A stretch of 64,000 bases of DNA from the NCBI GenBank assembly GCA_965223415.1, contig OZ245002.1:5248001-5312000 (forward strand), written 5' to 3'. Below are positions 56,260 through 64,000 of this stretch, one piece after another; position 1 is the first letter of the stretch, and each line of letters begins with the position of its first letter. The DNA is from Myxococcota bacterium. GTDB taxonomy: Bacteria; Myxococcota_A; UBA9160; UBA6930. Below the pieces are notes generated by a model, which did not search any database, was not told the DNA's origin, and saw only the letters and a list, made by a program, of their open reading frames with translations. The position numbers were made by a program, and so were the translations under genes.

Positions 56260-57495
56260 CTAGGCCGCGATGCGGTAGCGCACCGGTAGGTGCTTCAAGC
56301 CGACCACGAAGCTGGACTTGATCCACTCGGGCTCCCGGACGAGCTCCCAGCCCTCGACCCGGCGTACCACTTCTCGGAGGATCGCCGACAAGGAGCGCCG
56401 GGCGAAGTGGGAGCCCATGCAGAAGTGCTCGCCGTGACCGAAGGCGACGTGGGGATTGGGTTTGCGCTCGATGTCGAAGCGGAAGGGATCGTCGAAGACG
56501 TCCTCGTCGCGGTTGGCCGAGGCGTAGAGCATCACCACGGCCTCTCCCTTCGGGATGGTCACGCCGTTCACCACCACGTCCTCGGTGGGCGTCCGCTTCA
56601 TGTAGTTCACGGGCGAGGTCCAGCGCAGGATCTCCTCGACCGCGGAGGGCACGAGGGAGGGATCGCGGCGCAGCTTCTCGAACTGCTCCGGGTGCTCCAC
56701 GAGGGCGCGCATGCCGCCGGCGAGCGCGTTCTTGGTCGTGTCGTGGCCGGCGCTGAAGACGATCAGGTAGTAGCCGAGGGTCTCGCTCGGTCCCATCGGC
56801 TGCCCGTCGATCCGGGCGTTGGCGAGGACGCTGGCCAGGTCGTCCCGGGGATGGGCGCGGCGATCCTGGATGATCGGAAGGAACAGCTCGAGGAACTCCT
56901 TGCCGAGCTGGGCGAAGTCCTCGATCTGGTTGCCGCCGCCGAGCTCCTCGTCGTCGGGAGCGAATAGACGATTGGTCAGCTCGAGGATCTTCCCCTCCTG
57001 GTCCTCGGGGACGCCGAGGGCGGTCGCCAGGATGCGCAGCGGATGCTTGACCGCGACCTCGGTCACGAGGTCCGCCTCGCCGTCCGCGTTCTGCGCCAGG
57101 GCATCGACCAGCCGGCGGGCACTGGCGTCCACGGCGGCGTCGATCCGCCTCAGGGCCCGGGGCGTGAACCAGGGGCTCGCCACCTTGCGCACCTTGCGAT
57201 GCTCCGGGGGGTCCATGGTGATCACGACCCGCATGCTGCTGAAGCCAGGGACGTCCTGCCCCACCCTCTCGGCCGGGGCCAGGGTGATCCCGGGCTCGCT
57301 CAGGAAGCGGTCCGGCCGCTTCGAGATGGAGGTGAGGTCCGCGTGCTTGGTGATGGCCCAGAACGGCTCCACCCGATCGATCTCCCAGCGCGACACCGGC
57401 GACCGCCGGCGCAGCTTCGTGAAGAGCTCGTGGGGCGGACCGCCCCGCGCGTAGAGTGCGGGGTCGAGCAGCTGGAGTCCTTCGTTCTCGGCCAT
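56260..57495 (-). CDS. cytochrome P450
   Basis: MDPPEH, AGHDTT, EILRW, heme motif FGHGEHFCMG. Confidence 0.97.
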   Translation of the reverse strand: MAENEGLQLLDPALYARGGPPHELFTKLRRRSPVSRWEIDRVEPFWAITKHADLTSISKRPDRFLSEPGITLAPAERVGQDVPGFSSMRVVITMDPPEHRKVRKVASPWFTPRALRRIDAAVDASARRLVDALAQNADGEADLVTEVAVKHPLRILATALGVPEDQEGKILELTNRLFAPDDEELGGGNQIEDFAQLGKEFLELFLPIIQDRRAHPRDDLASVLANARIDGQPMGPSETLGYYLIVFSAGHDTTKNALAGGMRALVEHPEQFEKLRRDPSLVPSAVEEILRWTSPVNYMKRTPTEDVVVNGVTIPKGEAVVMLYASANRDEDVFDDPFRFDIERKPNPHVAFGHGEHFCMGSHFARRSLSAILREVVRRVEGWELVREPEWIKSSFVVGLKHLPVRYRIAA

Positions 57496-57787
57496 GATCC
57501 TTCTTCTCCCTCTCGGCGCGCGCGGTTTGCAGCAGATTCTTCGGCACCGGCTTGCCCCGCCGCGGGACCGGGTGCTGCTCGTACTCGAAGGTCAAGTCGA
57601 GCCACTTCCCCTCCCAGAAGTCGATGCGCTCGCGCATCGGCTTGTAGAGGTACATGCGATGGCCCACGAGGCGGGTCTCCCAGTATTCGAACTCGTCCTG
57701 CTCGCGACGGTCGAAGAGCTGGACATGGAACGGGATGCCCTCGATGGTCACCCTCACCGGGATCCGGCCCCGCTTCTTCTGGCCCAC
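57496..57787 (-). CDS. hypothetical protein region (~97 codons) with no stop codon before the P450 start
   Basis: strong GC3 bias and globular, aromatic-rich sequence; the frame stays open to 56246. Confidence 0.55.
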
Positions 57788-57837
57788 GTCGGGGTAGGCT
57801 AGCCTGCTTTCTCCATCGGGTAGAGAGGAGATCGGAC

Positions 57838-58392
57838 ATGAGCGACGAGCTCGGGCCGCTGACCGGCCTGGCCGGCATCTGGGAGGGAGACAAGGGAACC
57901 GACCAGGCCCCGGACGACGACCGCGTCAGCACGGAGACGAACCGCTACCGGGAGCGCATCACCTTCGAGCCGACGGGGCTCGTGGAGAACCACGAACAGA
58001 AGCTCCAGGGCCTCCGCTACACCACCACGGCCTGGCGGATCGGGGAGGAGGAGCCCTTCCACGAGGAGCTCGGCTACTGGCTGTGGGACGCCGAGGCGAA
58101 GCAGGTACTGCGCTGCTTCATGGTGCCCCGGGGCGTCACCGTGATCGCCGGCGGGACGGCCGAAGCCGATGCCCGCAACTTCGACCTGGCCGCGGAGGTG
58201 GGCTCGGAGACCTACGGCATCTGCTCCAACCGCTTCCTCGATCGCGAGTTCAAGACCGTGCGTTACGAGCTGCATCTCGAGAAGCGCGACGCCGACACGA
58301 TCCACTACCGGGAGGACACCGTCCTGCAGATCCGCGGGAAGGACGAGCCGTTCCACCACACCGACGAGAACACGCTCACCCGGGTCGGCTAG
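57838..58392 (+). CDS. nitrobindin/FABP-like beta-barrel protein
   Basis: LGPLTGLAGIWEG, YRERITF, FHEELGYWLWD; GAGGAG RBS. Confidence 0.85.
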   Translation: MSDELGPLTGLAGIWEGDKGTDQAPDDDRVSTETNRYRERITFEPTGLVENHEQKLQGLRYTTTAWRIGEEEPFHEELGYWLWDAEAKQVLRCFMVPRGVTVIAGGTAEADARNFDLAAEVGSETYGICSNRFLDREFKTVRYELHLEKRDADTIHYREDTVLQIRGKDEPFHHTDENTLTRVG

Positions 58393-58399
58393 GCCCTAG

Positions 58400-59690
58400 C
58401 AGGCTGCGGAAAAACCCCGTGCGACGGGTCGAATCGGTTGGTACAGGCATACCGGGGGGATGGAGATGCGCGGAACCGATCGAACGCAGTCCACGATGTT
58501 CAGCTACGTGTCGCCGGAGGCGCGTGTCCCCGCCGATCATCCACTGCGCGTGACGCGGGAGATGACGAATCGCGCCCTGGTCCGGCTGGACGGGAGGTTG
58601 CGGAAGCTGTACTCGCGGACGGGTCGGCCGTCGATTCCGCCCGAGCACCTGTTGCGGGCCCTGCTGCTGCAGGTGCTCTACTCGGTGCGAAGCGAGCGGA
58701 TGCTGATGGAGCAGCTCGAGTACAACCTGCTGTTCCGCTGGTTCGTGGGGCTCGAGATGGACGACCGGGTCTGGGACGTGACGGTGTTCACGAAGAATCG
58801 GGATCGGTTGCTTCGGGGAGAGATCGCGGAGGGGTTCTTTCAGGCCGTGTTGGCGGAGGCCCGCGAGGAGGGGCTTCTGTCGGACGAGCACTTCACGGTG
58901 GACGGCACGCTGATCGAGGCATGGGCGGGGCAGAAGAGCTTTCGGCCGAAGGACGAGGACCGGGGCGGCCGCGGGGGTGGACGGAAGGCGACGGAGCGGG
59001 ACTTCCACGGTGAGCGTAGGAAGAACGACACGCACGCCTCGACGACGGACCCGGAGTCCCGGCTCTACCGCAAGGGGAAGGGGAAGGAAGCGAAGCTGTG
59101 CTTCATGGGCCACGTGGTGACGGAGAACCGGCATGGCCTGGTGGTGGCGGCCAAGACGACGCTGGCCACGGGCACGGCGGAGCGCGAGGCCTCGGTGGCG
59201 ATGGTGAAGCGGGTGCCACGCGGACGGCGATCGACGTTGGGCGGAGACAAGGGCTACGACACGGTGTCGCATGTCGAAGAGCTTCGAGAGCTGGGCGTGA
59301 CCCCGCACGTTGCGCAGAACGACAAGGGCCGCCGCAGCGCGATCGATGATCGAACGACGACGCACGTGGGCTACGAGATCAGCCAGCGCAAACGCAAGGC
59401 GATCGAGCAGGTCTTCGGCTGGGGGAAGACGGTAGGCCCGATTCGCAAGGTGAAGCATCGCGGCAAGGAGCGGGTGGGCTGGATGTTCACGTTCACCCAG
59501 GCGGCCTACAACCTTGTGAGGATGAGGAACCTGCTATGCCCCACGTAGCTTGTCGGGTCGAGTGGAGGGCCCCGTTGGCAGCGAGCCGGGCGTCAACCGG
59601 CGGCAAGGCCTCGATTCCGCGCTCCTTTCCTAGCCAAAGCGCCTCCAAGGCACCGTTCTCTGCGTACCATCGGCGTTCTTCCGCAGCCTG
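58400..59690 (+). mobile_element. IS5-family insertion sequence, 1291 bp, CTAG target duplication
   Basis: IRs CAGGCTGCGGAAAAAC and (reverse complement) CAGGCTGCGGAAGAAC; CTAG at 58396-58399 and 59691-59694. Confidence 0.93.
58466..59548 (+). CDS. IS5-family DDE transposase
   Basis: GRPSIPPE, RSERMLME, VDGTLIEA, DKGYD, IEQVFGW, AAYNL. Confidence 0.95.
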   Translation: MRGTDRTQSTMFSYVSPEARVPADHPLRVTREMTNRALVRLDGRLRKLYSRTGRPSIPPEHLLRALLLQVLYSVRSERMLMEQLEYNLLFRWFVGLEMDDRVWDVTVFTKNRDRLLRGEIAEGFFQAVLAEAREEGLLSDEHFTVDGTLIEAWAGQKSFRPKDEDRGGRGGGRKATERDFHGERRKNDTHASTTDPESRLYRKGKGKEAKLCFMGHVVTENRHGLVVAAKTTLATGTAEREASVAMVKRVPRGRRSTLGGDKGYDTVSHVEELRELGVTPHVAQNDKGRRSAIDDRTTTHVGYEISQRKRKAIEQVFGWGKTVGPIRKVKHRGKERVGWMFTFTQAAYNLVRMRNLLCPT

Positions 59691-60593
59691 CTAGCGCAGG
59701 GGCGCGGCGACCTCCTCGATGAAGCGGTCGAGGGTGGCGAGCTTGGCGGGCATCGGGCCGAGGGTGAAGTCCGGCACGATCAGCTCGTCGACCCCCGCCT
59801 CCCGGTAGGCGGCGACGATCTCCCGCACCTCGTCCGCGTTGCCGACGATGGTCGGGCGGCCGATGTCACGGCCTCGCATGTTGGCCACGAAATCGGCGTC
59901 GTCCGAGAGGAAGAGCAGCGCCACCGCCGAACGCTGGATCGCGGCGGGGTCGCGGCCTACCTCCTCGCAGTGGCGATCCAGGATCGCCATCTTCTGGCGC
60001 AGCTTCTCCACATCGCCCCAGACGTTCCACTCGTCCGCCCACTTCGCGGTGATGCGCAGGGTCACCTTCTCGCCGCCGCCACCGACGAGGAGCGGAAGCG
60101 GATCCTGGAGCGGCTTCGGCTCCAGGGAGGCGGCCTCCAGCTGGTAGTGCTTGCCGTCGAAGCTCGCACTCGTCTCCGCGTAGAGCCGCTTGATCACCTG
60201 GCAGGCCTCGTCGAGACGGGCGAGCCGCTCCGGCACCGTGTAGAAGGGCACCCCGTACTGCCGGTGCTCGTTCTCCTGCCAGCCGGCGCCCAGACCGAGC
60301 ACCGCGCGGCCGCCGCTGATGTGGTCGACGGTGGCCGCCATCTTGGCGAGCACGGCCGGGTGCCGGTAGGTGTTGCCGCTCACCAGGGTGCCGAGACGGA
60401 CGCGCGGCACCGAGGCCGCGAGCGCAGCCAGCGTGGTCCAGGATTCGGGCCAGGGCGCGCTCGTGTCGTCCCCGTCGGGCATGAAGTGGTCCGCGTACCA
60501 GAGGCCGTCCCAGCCGGTGGCCTCGGCGTGGTGCGCGATCTGCTGCACCTCCGCAAAGCCCTGGGTGGGCGCGGGCCAGACGCTGAATCGCAT
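59691..60593 (-). CDS. LLM-class (probably F420-dependent) oxidoreductase
   Basis: WYADHF, GNTYRHPAVLAKMAATVDHISGGR, GGGGEKVTLR. Confidence 0.9.
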   Translation of the reverse strand: MRFSVWPAPTQGFAEVQQIAHHAEATGWDGLWYADHFMPDGDDTSAPWPESWTTLAALAASVPRVRLGTLVSGNTYRHPAVLAKMAATVDHISGGRAVLGLGAGWQENEHRQYGVPFYTVPERLARLDEACQVIKRLYAETSASFDGKHYQLEAASLEPKPLQDPLPLLVGGGGEKVTLRITAKWADEWNVWGDVEKLRQKMAILDRHCEEVGRDPAAIQRSAVALLFLSDDADFVANMRGRDIGRPTIVGNADEVREIVAAYREAGVDELIVPDFTLGPMPAKLATLDRFIEEVAAPLR

Positions 60594-60614
60594 CGCTCTC
60601 CCCTCTCCCGGTGA

Positions 60615-61388
60615 TCAGCTCTTCTTGCGGAAGCTCTCGATGGTGCGGCGGACGTCGTCGGTGTTGAAGGACTCGGCCTCCGCGGCCAGGGCGAAGGGCG
60701 CCACCGCCTGGATCGCCCGCTGCACGTGGAGGTTGAGGGCCCGCTTCGTCTCCTCCACGGCCTGCTGGGGCTGGGCGGCCAGCCGCTCCGCCAGGGCGAC
60801 GGCGCGATCCAGCAGCTCCGCGTCGGGGACGGCGAAGTTCGCCAGGCCGAGCTCGACGCAATCCGCCGCCGGGATGCGGTCGCCCGTGAGCAGGTAGTAC
60901 TTCGCCTTCAGCAGGCTCGTGAGCAGCGGCCACAGGGCCGCGCCTCCGTCGCCGGCAACCAGGCCGAGGCTCACGTGGGTATCGGCCATGTACGTGCTCT
61001 CGGCGATGAGCACGAGGTCGCAGCTCACGGCGACGCTGCAGCCGAGCCCCACGGCGGGCCCGTTCACCGCGGCGACGACCGGCTTGGGGCAGGCCGCCAT
61101 CGCGTCGAGCAGGCGGCGGGCGCCGCGCATGGTCTCCCGCCGGTGCTGCGGGTCCTCATAGTCCCGGACGAAGCTCGGAATGTTGCCGCCGGCGCTGAAG
61201 GCCCTGCCCGCCCCGGTCAGGACGATCGTCCGCACCGACGGATCCTGGGCGAAGTGCTCCCAGATCTCGCGCAGGCCCTCGTGCATGTCGTCGGAGAACG
61301 CATTGCGCATCTCCGGGTTGTTCAGGGTGAGCACGGCGACGGGCCCGCGGTGCTCGACCTCGAGCTCCGGCACGGGTTGGTAGGGCAT
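60615..61388 (-). CDS. enoyl-CoA hydratase/isomerase family protein
   Basis: FSAGGNI, KPVVAAVNGPAVGLG, GLVAGDGG. Confidence 0.92.
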   Translation of the reverse strand: MPYQPVPELEVEHRGPVAVLTLNNPEMRNAFSDDMHEGLREIWEHFAQDPSVRTIVLTGAGRAFSAGGNIPSFVRDYEDPQHRRETMRGARRLLDAMAACPKPVVAAVNGPAVGLGCSVAVSCDLVLIAESTYMADTHVSLGLVAGDGGAALWPLLTSLLKAKYYLLTGDRIPAADCVELGLANFAVPDAELLDRAVALAERLAAQPQQAVEETKRALNLHVQRAIQAVAPFALAAEAESFNTDDVRRTIESFRKKS

Positions 61389-61434
61389 GGCCTCTCCTGG
61401 ATGACCGGAGCGAGGTTAGCTCGGGCGCCCCATC

Positions 61435-62829
61435 TCAGACGTGGAGCACCCGATCGAAGGCCGCCAGCACGGACTCGTGCATCGCCTCCGACACGGTCGG
61501 GTGGGGGAAGATCGTCTCCATGAGCTCGGCTTCGGTCGCTTCGAGGCCCATTGCGATCGCGAAGCCCTGGATCATCTCGGTCACGTCCGGGCCGACCATG
61601 TGGGCGCCCAGGAGCTCGCCGCTTCCCGCGTCGAAGACGGTCTTCACCAGGCCCTCGGCGTGGCCCGTGGCGATGGCCTTGCCGTTGCCGAGCAGGGGGA
61701 AGCGGCCCACCCGGAGCGCGCGATCGCCTTCCCCGGCCTCCGCCTCCGTGAGACCGATGCTCGCAACCTGGGGAGAGGCGTAGGTGCAGCTCGGGATCCG
61801 CTCGGTGCGGATGGGGTGCACGGACTCGCCGGCGATGTGCTCGACCACCAAGGTGCCCTCGTGGCTCGCCTTGTGGGCGAGGCAGGGCGGGCCCGCGACA
61901 TCCCCGATGGCGTAGACTCCGGGCTCCGGGGTCTCGCCGAAGCGGTCGGTGCGGAGGAAGCCCCCCTCCACCTCCACCCGCGTTCCCTCGAGGCCCAGGC
62001 CTTCGGCGTTCCCGGTGACGCCCACTGAGAGGATGGCGCGCTCGAAGACGCCCTCGACACCGCCGTCCGGCGTCTCGATCGTCGCGGCGAGGCCGCCGTC
62101 GCGGGGCTCGAGGGAGGCGAGCCGGGCCCCGGTGTGGATCACCATGCCCTCCCGCTCGAAGGCCTTGCGGGCCAGGGCCGAGATCTCCGCATCCTCTCGC
62201 GGCAGGACCTGGGGCAGCATCTCGACCACGCTGACGTCGCTGCCCAGCGCCGAGTAGAAGCTGGCGAACTCGATGCCGATCGCGCCGGAGCCGATCACCA
62301 GAAGGGACGCGGGAACCTCGGGCGGGACCATCGCCTCCCGGTAGGTCCAGATGCGCTCGCCGTCGGCCTCGATGCCCGGCAAGCCGCGCGGCCTTGCGCC
62401 CGTCGCCAGCACCACGGCGTCGCTGCGCAGCTCGCGCACGCGGCCGTCGGCGGACTCCACCGCTACGACGCCCGGAGACACGAGCCGCCCGCGACCCTCG
62501 AAGACCCGCACGCCGTTCTTCTTCATCAGGTGCGCCACGCCCCGGGAGAGCTGACTCGCCACCGAGCGCGAGCGCTTCACGAGGGCGGCCGCGTCGTAGC
62601 GCACGCCCTCGACCGCGAGACCGTACTCGGACGCCCGGCGCATCTCCCTCAGCAGGTCCGCCGTGTGCAGCAGGGACTTGGTCGGGATGCATCCCCAGTT
62701 GAGGCAGGTGCCGCCCAGGTGCTCCGCCTCGACCAGGGCGGTGGACAGGCCGAGCTGGGTGGCGCGAATCGCGGCGACGTAGCCGCCGGGCCCGCCCCCC
62801 ACGAGGACGACGTCGAAGCTCTCGGACAT
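61435..62829 (-). CDS. lpdA: dihydrolipoyl dehydrogenase (E3)
   Basis: GGGPGGY, GGTCLNWGCIPTK, GSGAIG, HPTVSE. Confidence 0.96.
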   Translation of the reverse strand: MSESFDVVLVGGGPGGYVAAIRATQLGLSTALVEAEHLGGTCLNWGCIPTKSLLHTADLLREMRRASEYGLAVEGVRYDAAALVKRSRSVASQLSRGVAHLMKKNGVRVFEGRGRLVSPGVVAVESADGRVRELRSDAVVLATGARPRGLPGIEADGERIWTYREAMVPPEVPASLLVIGSGAIGIEFASFYSALGSDVSVVEMLPQVLPREDAEISALARKAFEREGMVIHTGARLASLEPRDGGLAATIETPDGGVEGVFERAILSVGVTGNAEGLGLEGTRVEVEGGFLRTDRFGETPEPGVYAIGDVAGPPCLAHKASHEGTLVVEHIAGESVHPIRTERIPSCTYASPQVASIGLTEAEAGEGDRALRVGRFPLLGNGKAIATGHAEGLVKTVFDAGSGELLGAHMVGPDVTEMIQGFAIAMGLEATEAELMETIFPHPTVSEAMHESVLAAFDRVLHV

Positions 62830-62843
62830 GGGCCTACGCCTCT

Positions 62844-64000
62844 CTACACCAGCAGCCGGTAGGGGGCTTCCAGAAGGTCCCGAACCGTGCCGAGGAAGCG
62901 GGCGGCAGGCTCGCCGTCGAGCACCCGGTGGTCCCAGGTGAGCGAGAGGCGCAGGGTCCGGCGCCGCACGGGCCGGTCGCCCTCCCAACCCACGCCATCG
63001 GCGATCCGGTTGACCCCGAGGATCCCCGTCTGCGGGGGATTCAGGATGGGCGTGAACGAGTCGACGCCGAACATGCCGAGGGTCGAGACGGTGAATGTGC
63101 CGCCGTGCATCTCGTCGAGGCCGAGGCTGCCGTCCCGAGCCGCTCCCGCGAGGCGACTCGCCTCGCGGGCGATCGACTTGAGGTCCCGGGCGAGGGTGTC
63201 GCGGAGGACCGGAACCACGAGGCCTTCGTCGAGGGCCACGGCGATGCCGACGTGGATCTCGGGCAGGAGCTCGATCCCGCCTTCGCCCATCCTGGAGTTC
63301 ATGCGGGGATGGAGCTCGAGGGCCTTCGCCGCGGCGCGAACCACCAGGTCCGTGTAGGTGGGGCGCACGCCCTCCCGCTCCCACTCGGCGATGAGCTGCT
63401 CGCGCAGCTTCACCGCGTCATCCATCCCGACCTCCATGTCCATGGTGAGCTGGGCGGTGGTGCGCAGGCTCTGGAACATGCGCTCGCTGATGGTCTTGCG
63501 CATGCCGCGAAGCGGAATCGTCTCGCCCGCTGCGGGCCGGCCGGCCGGCGCCAGGACGGACCGTGCGGCGGGCGACGAGGCGGCCGCCTCGACGTCGTCC
63601 TTCGTGATCCGTCCGCCGGGGCCGCGGCCGGCGACGGCGGAGAGGTCCACGCCCAGCTCCTGGGCGCGGCGCTTCGCCAGGGGCGATGCCTTGATCCGAG
63701 CCGCGGGGGCCGCGGCCGGGGGAGCCCCTGAGGGCGCGGTGGCCGCCGCGGGGGGAGCCGCTGAGGACGCGGTGGCCACCGCCGCGCGGATGTCGGCCTC
63801 GACGATGCGGCCGCCCGGTCCGCGCCCCTGGATCCCTTCCAGGGCGATGCCCAGCTCCCGGGCCAGCCGGCGCGCCGCCGGCGAGGAGAGGATGCGGCCT
63901 CCGACGCCGCGTGCGGCCGGCGCCGCCGACACGGGGGACGCCGCGGCCGCCGCGCCCTCTTCCTCGGCGACCGGCATCTCGTCCGGCGAGAGCTTCTTTC
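62844..64000 (-). CDS. dihydrolipoamide acyltransferase (E2), 5' end outside window
   Basis: two E3-binding motifs (SPAARRLARELGI and SPLAKRRAQELGV), GTFTVSTLG, DHRVLDG; frame open to the window edge. Confidence 0.93.
   Translation of the reverse strand, partial: KKLSPDEMPVAEEEGAAAAASPVSAAPAARGVGGRILSSPAARRLARELGIALEGIQGRGPGGRIVEADIRAAVATASSAAPPAAATAPSGAPPAAAPAARIKASPLAKRRAQELGVDLSAVAGRGPGGRITKDDVEAAASSPAARSVLAPAGRPAAGETIPLRGMRKTISERMFQSLRTTAQLTMDMEVGMDDAVKLREQLIAEWEREGVRPTYTDLVVRAAAKALELHPRMNSRMGEGGIELLPEIHVGIAVALDEGLVVPVLRDTLARDLKSIAREASRLAGAARDGSLGLDEMHGGTFTVSTLGMFGVDSFTPILNPPQTGILGVNRIADGVGWEGDRPVRRRTLRLSLTWDHRVLDGEPAARFLGTVRDLLEAPYRLLV

Overview
Very GC-rich bacterial chromosome segment with no phage, CRISPR or rRNA. 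The gene order ilvC-psd-pssA-leuA and the gene content suggest a Myxococcota/deltaproteobacterial-type genome (inference). It has four parts. (i) 1-10.6 kb is a CoA-dependent catabolic region: paired acyl-CoA dehydrogenases, a DUF6285/LvaB-like protein, an APH kinase, a BKACE enzyme, two class III CoA-transferases and a double TetR. (ii) 10.7-21.8 kb is an accessory secreted-protein region around tRNA-Arg: an M4/M36-type and an M12-type metalloprotease, a probable split prodomain/chaperone, two BamE-like lipoproteins, a MopE-repeat protein and a His-rich lipoprotein. (iii) 21.8-51 kb is a long minus-strand core-gene run: nadK-recN-FHA-secA-argJ-rpsB-tsf-pyrH-frr-uppS-dxr-rseP-tsaB-ilvC-psd-pssA-leuA-leuB-asd-like-truA-rplM-rpsI-argC-NUDIX-pyrG-yciI-tRNA-Val. 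(iv) 51-64 kb holds rarA, two K+ channels, a P450, an intact IS5-family element, an LLM oxidoreductase, an enoyl-CoA hydratase, lpdA and an E2 subunit. The most striking pattern I found is a recurrent class of 8-18-codon mini-ORFs at core-gene junctions (five bridges plus one operon-leading uORF). They appear to derive from tandem duplication of the stop/start junction and always close with a stop overlapping the next start. Other notable items are a symmetric bidirectional leaderless promoter, a perfect 73-bp nested palindrome, and a well-biased ORF that lacks a stop and runs over the whole P450 gene.
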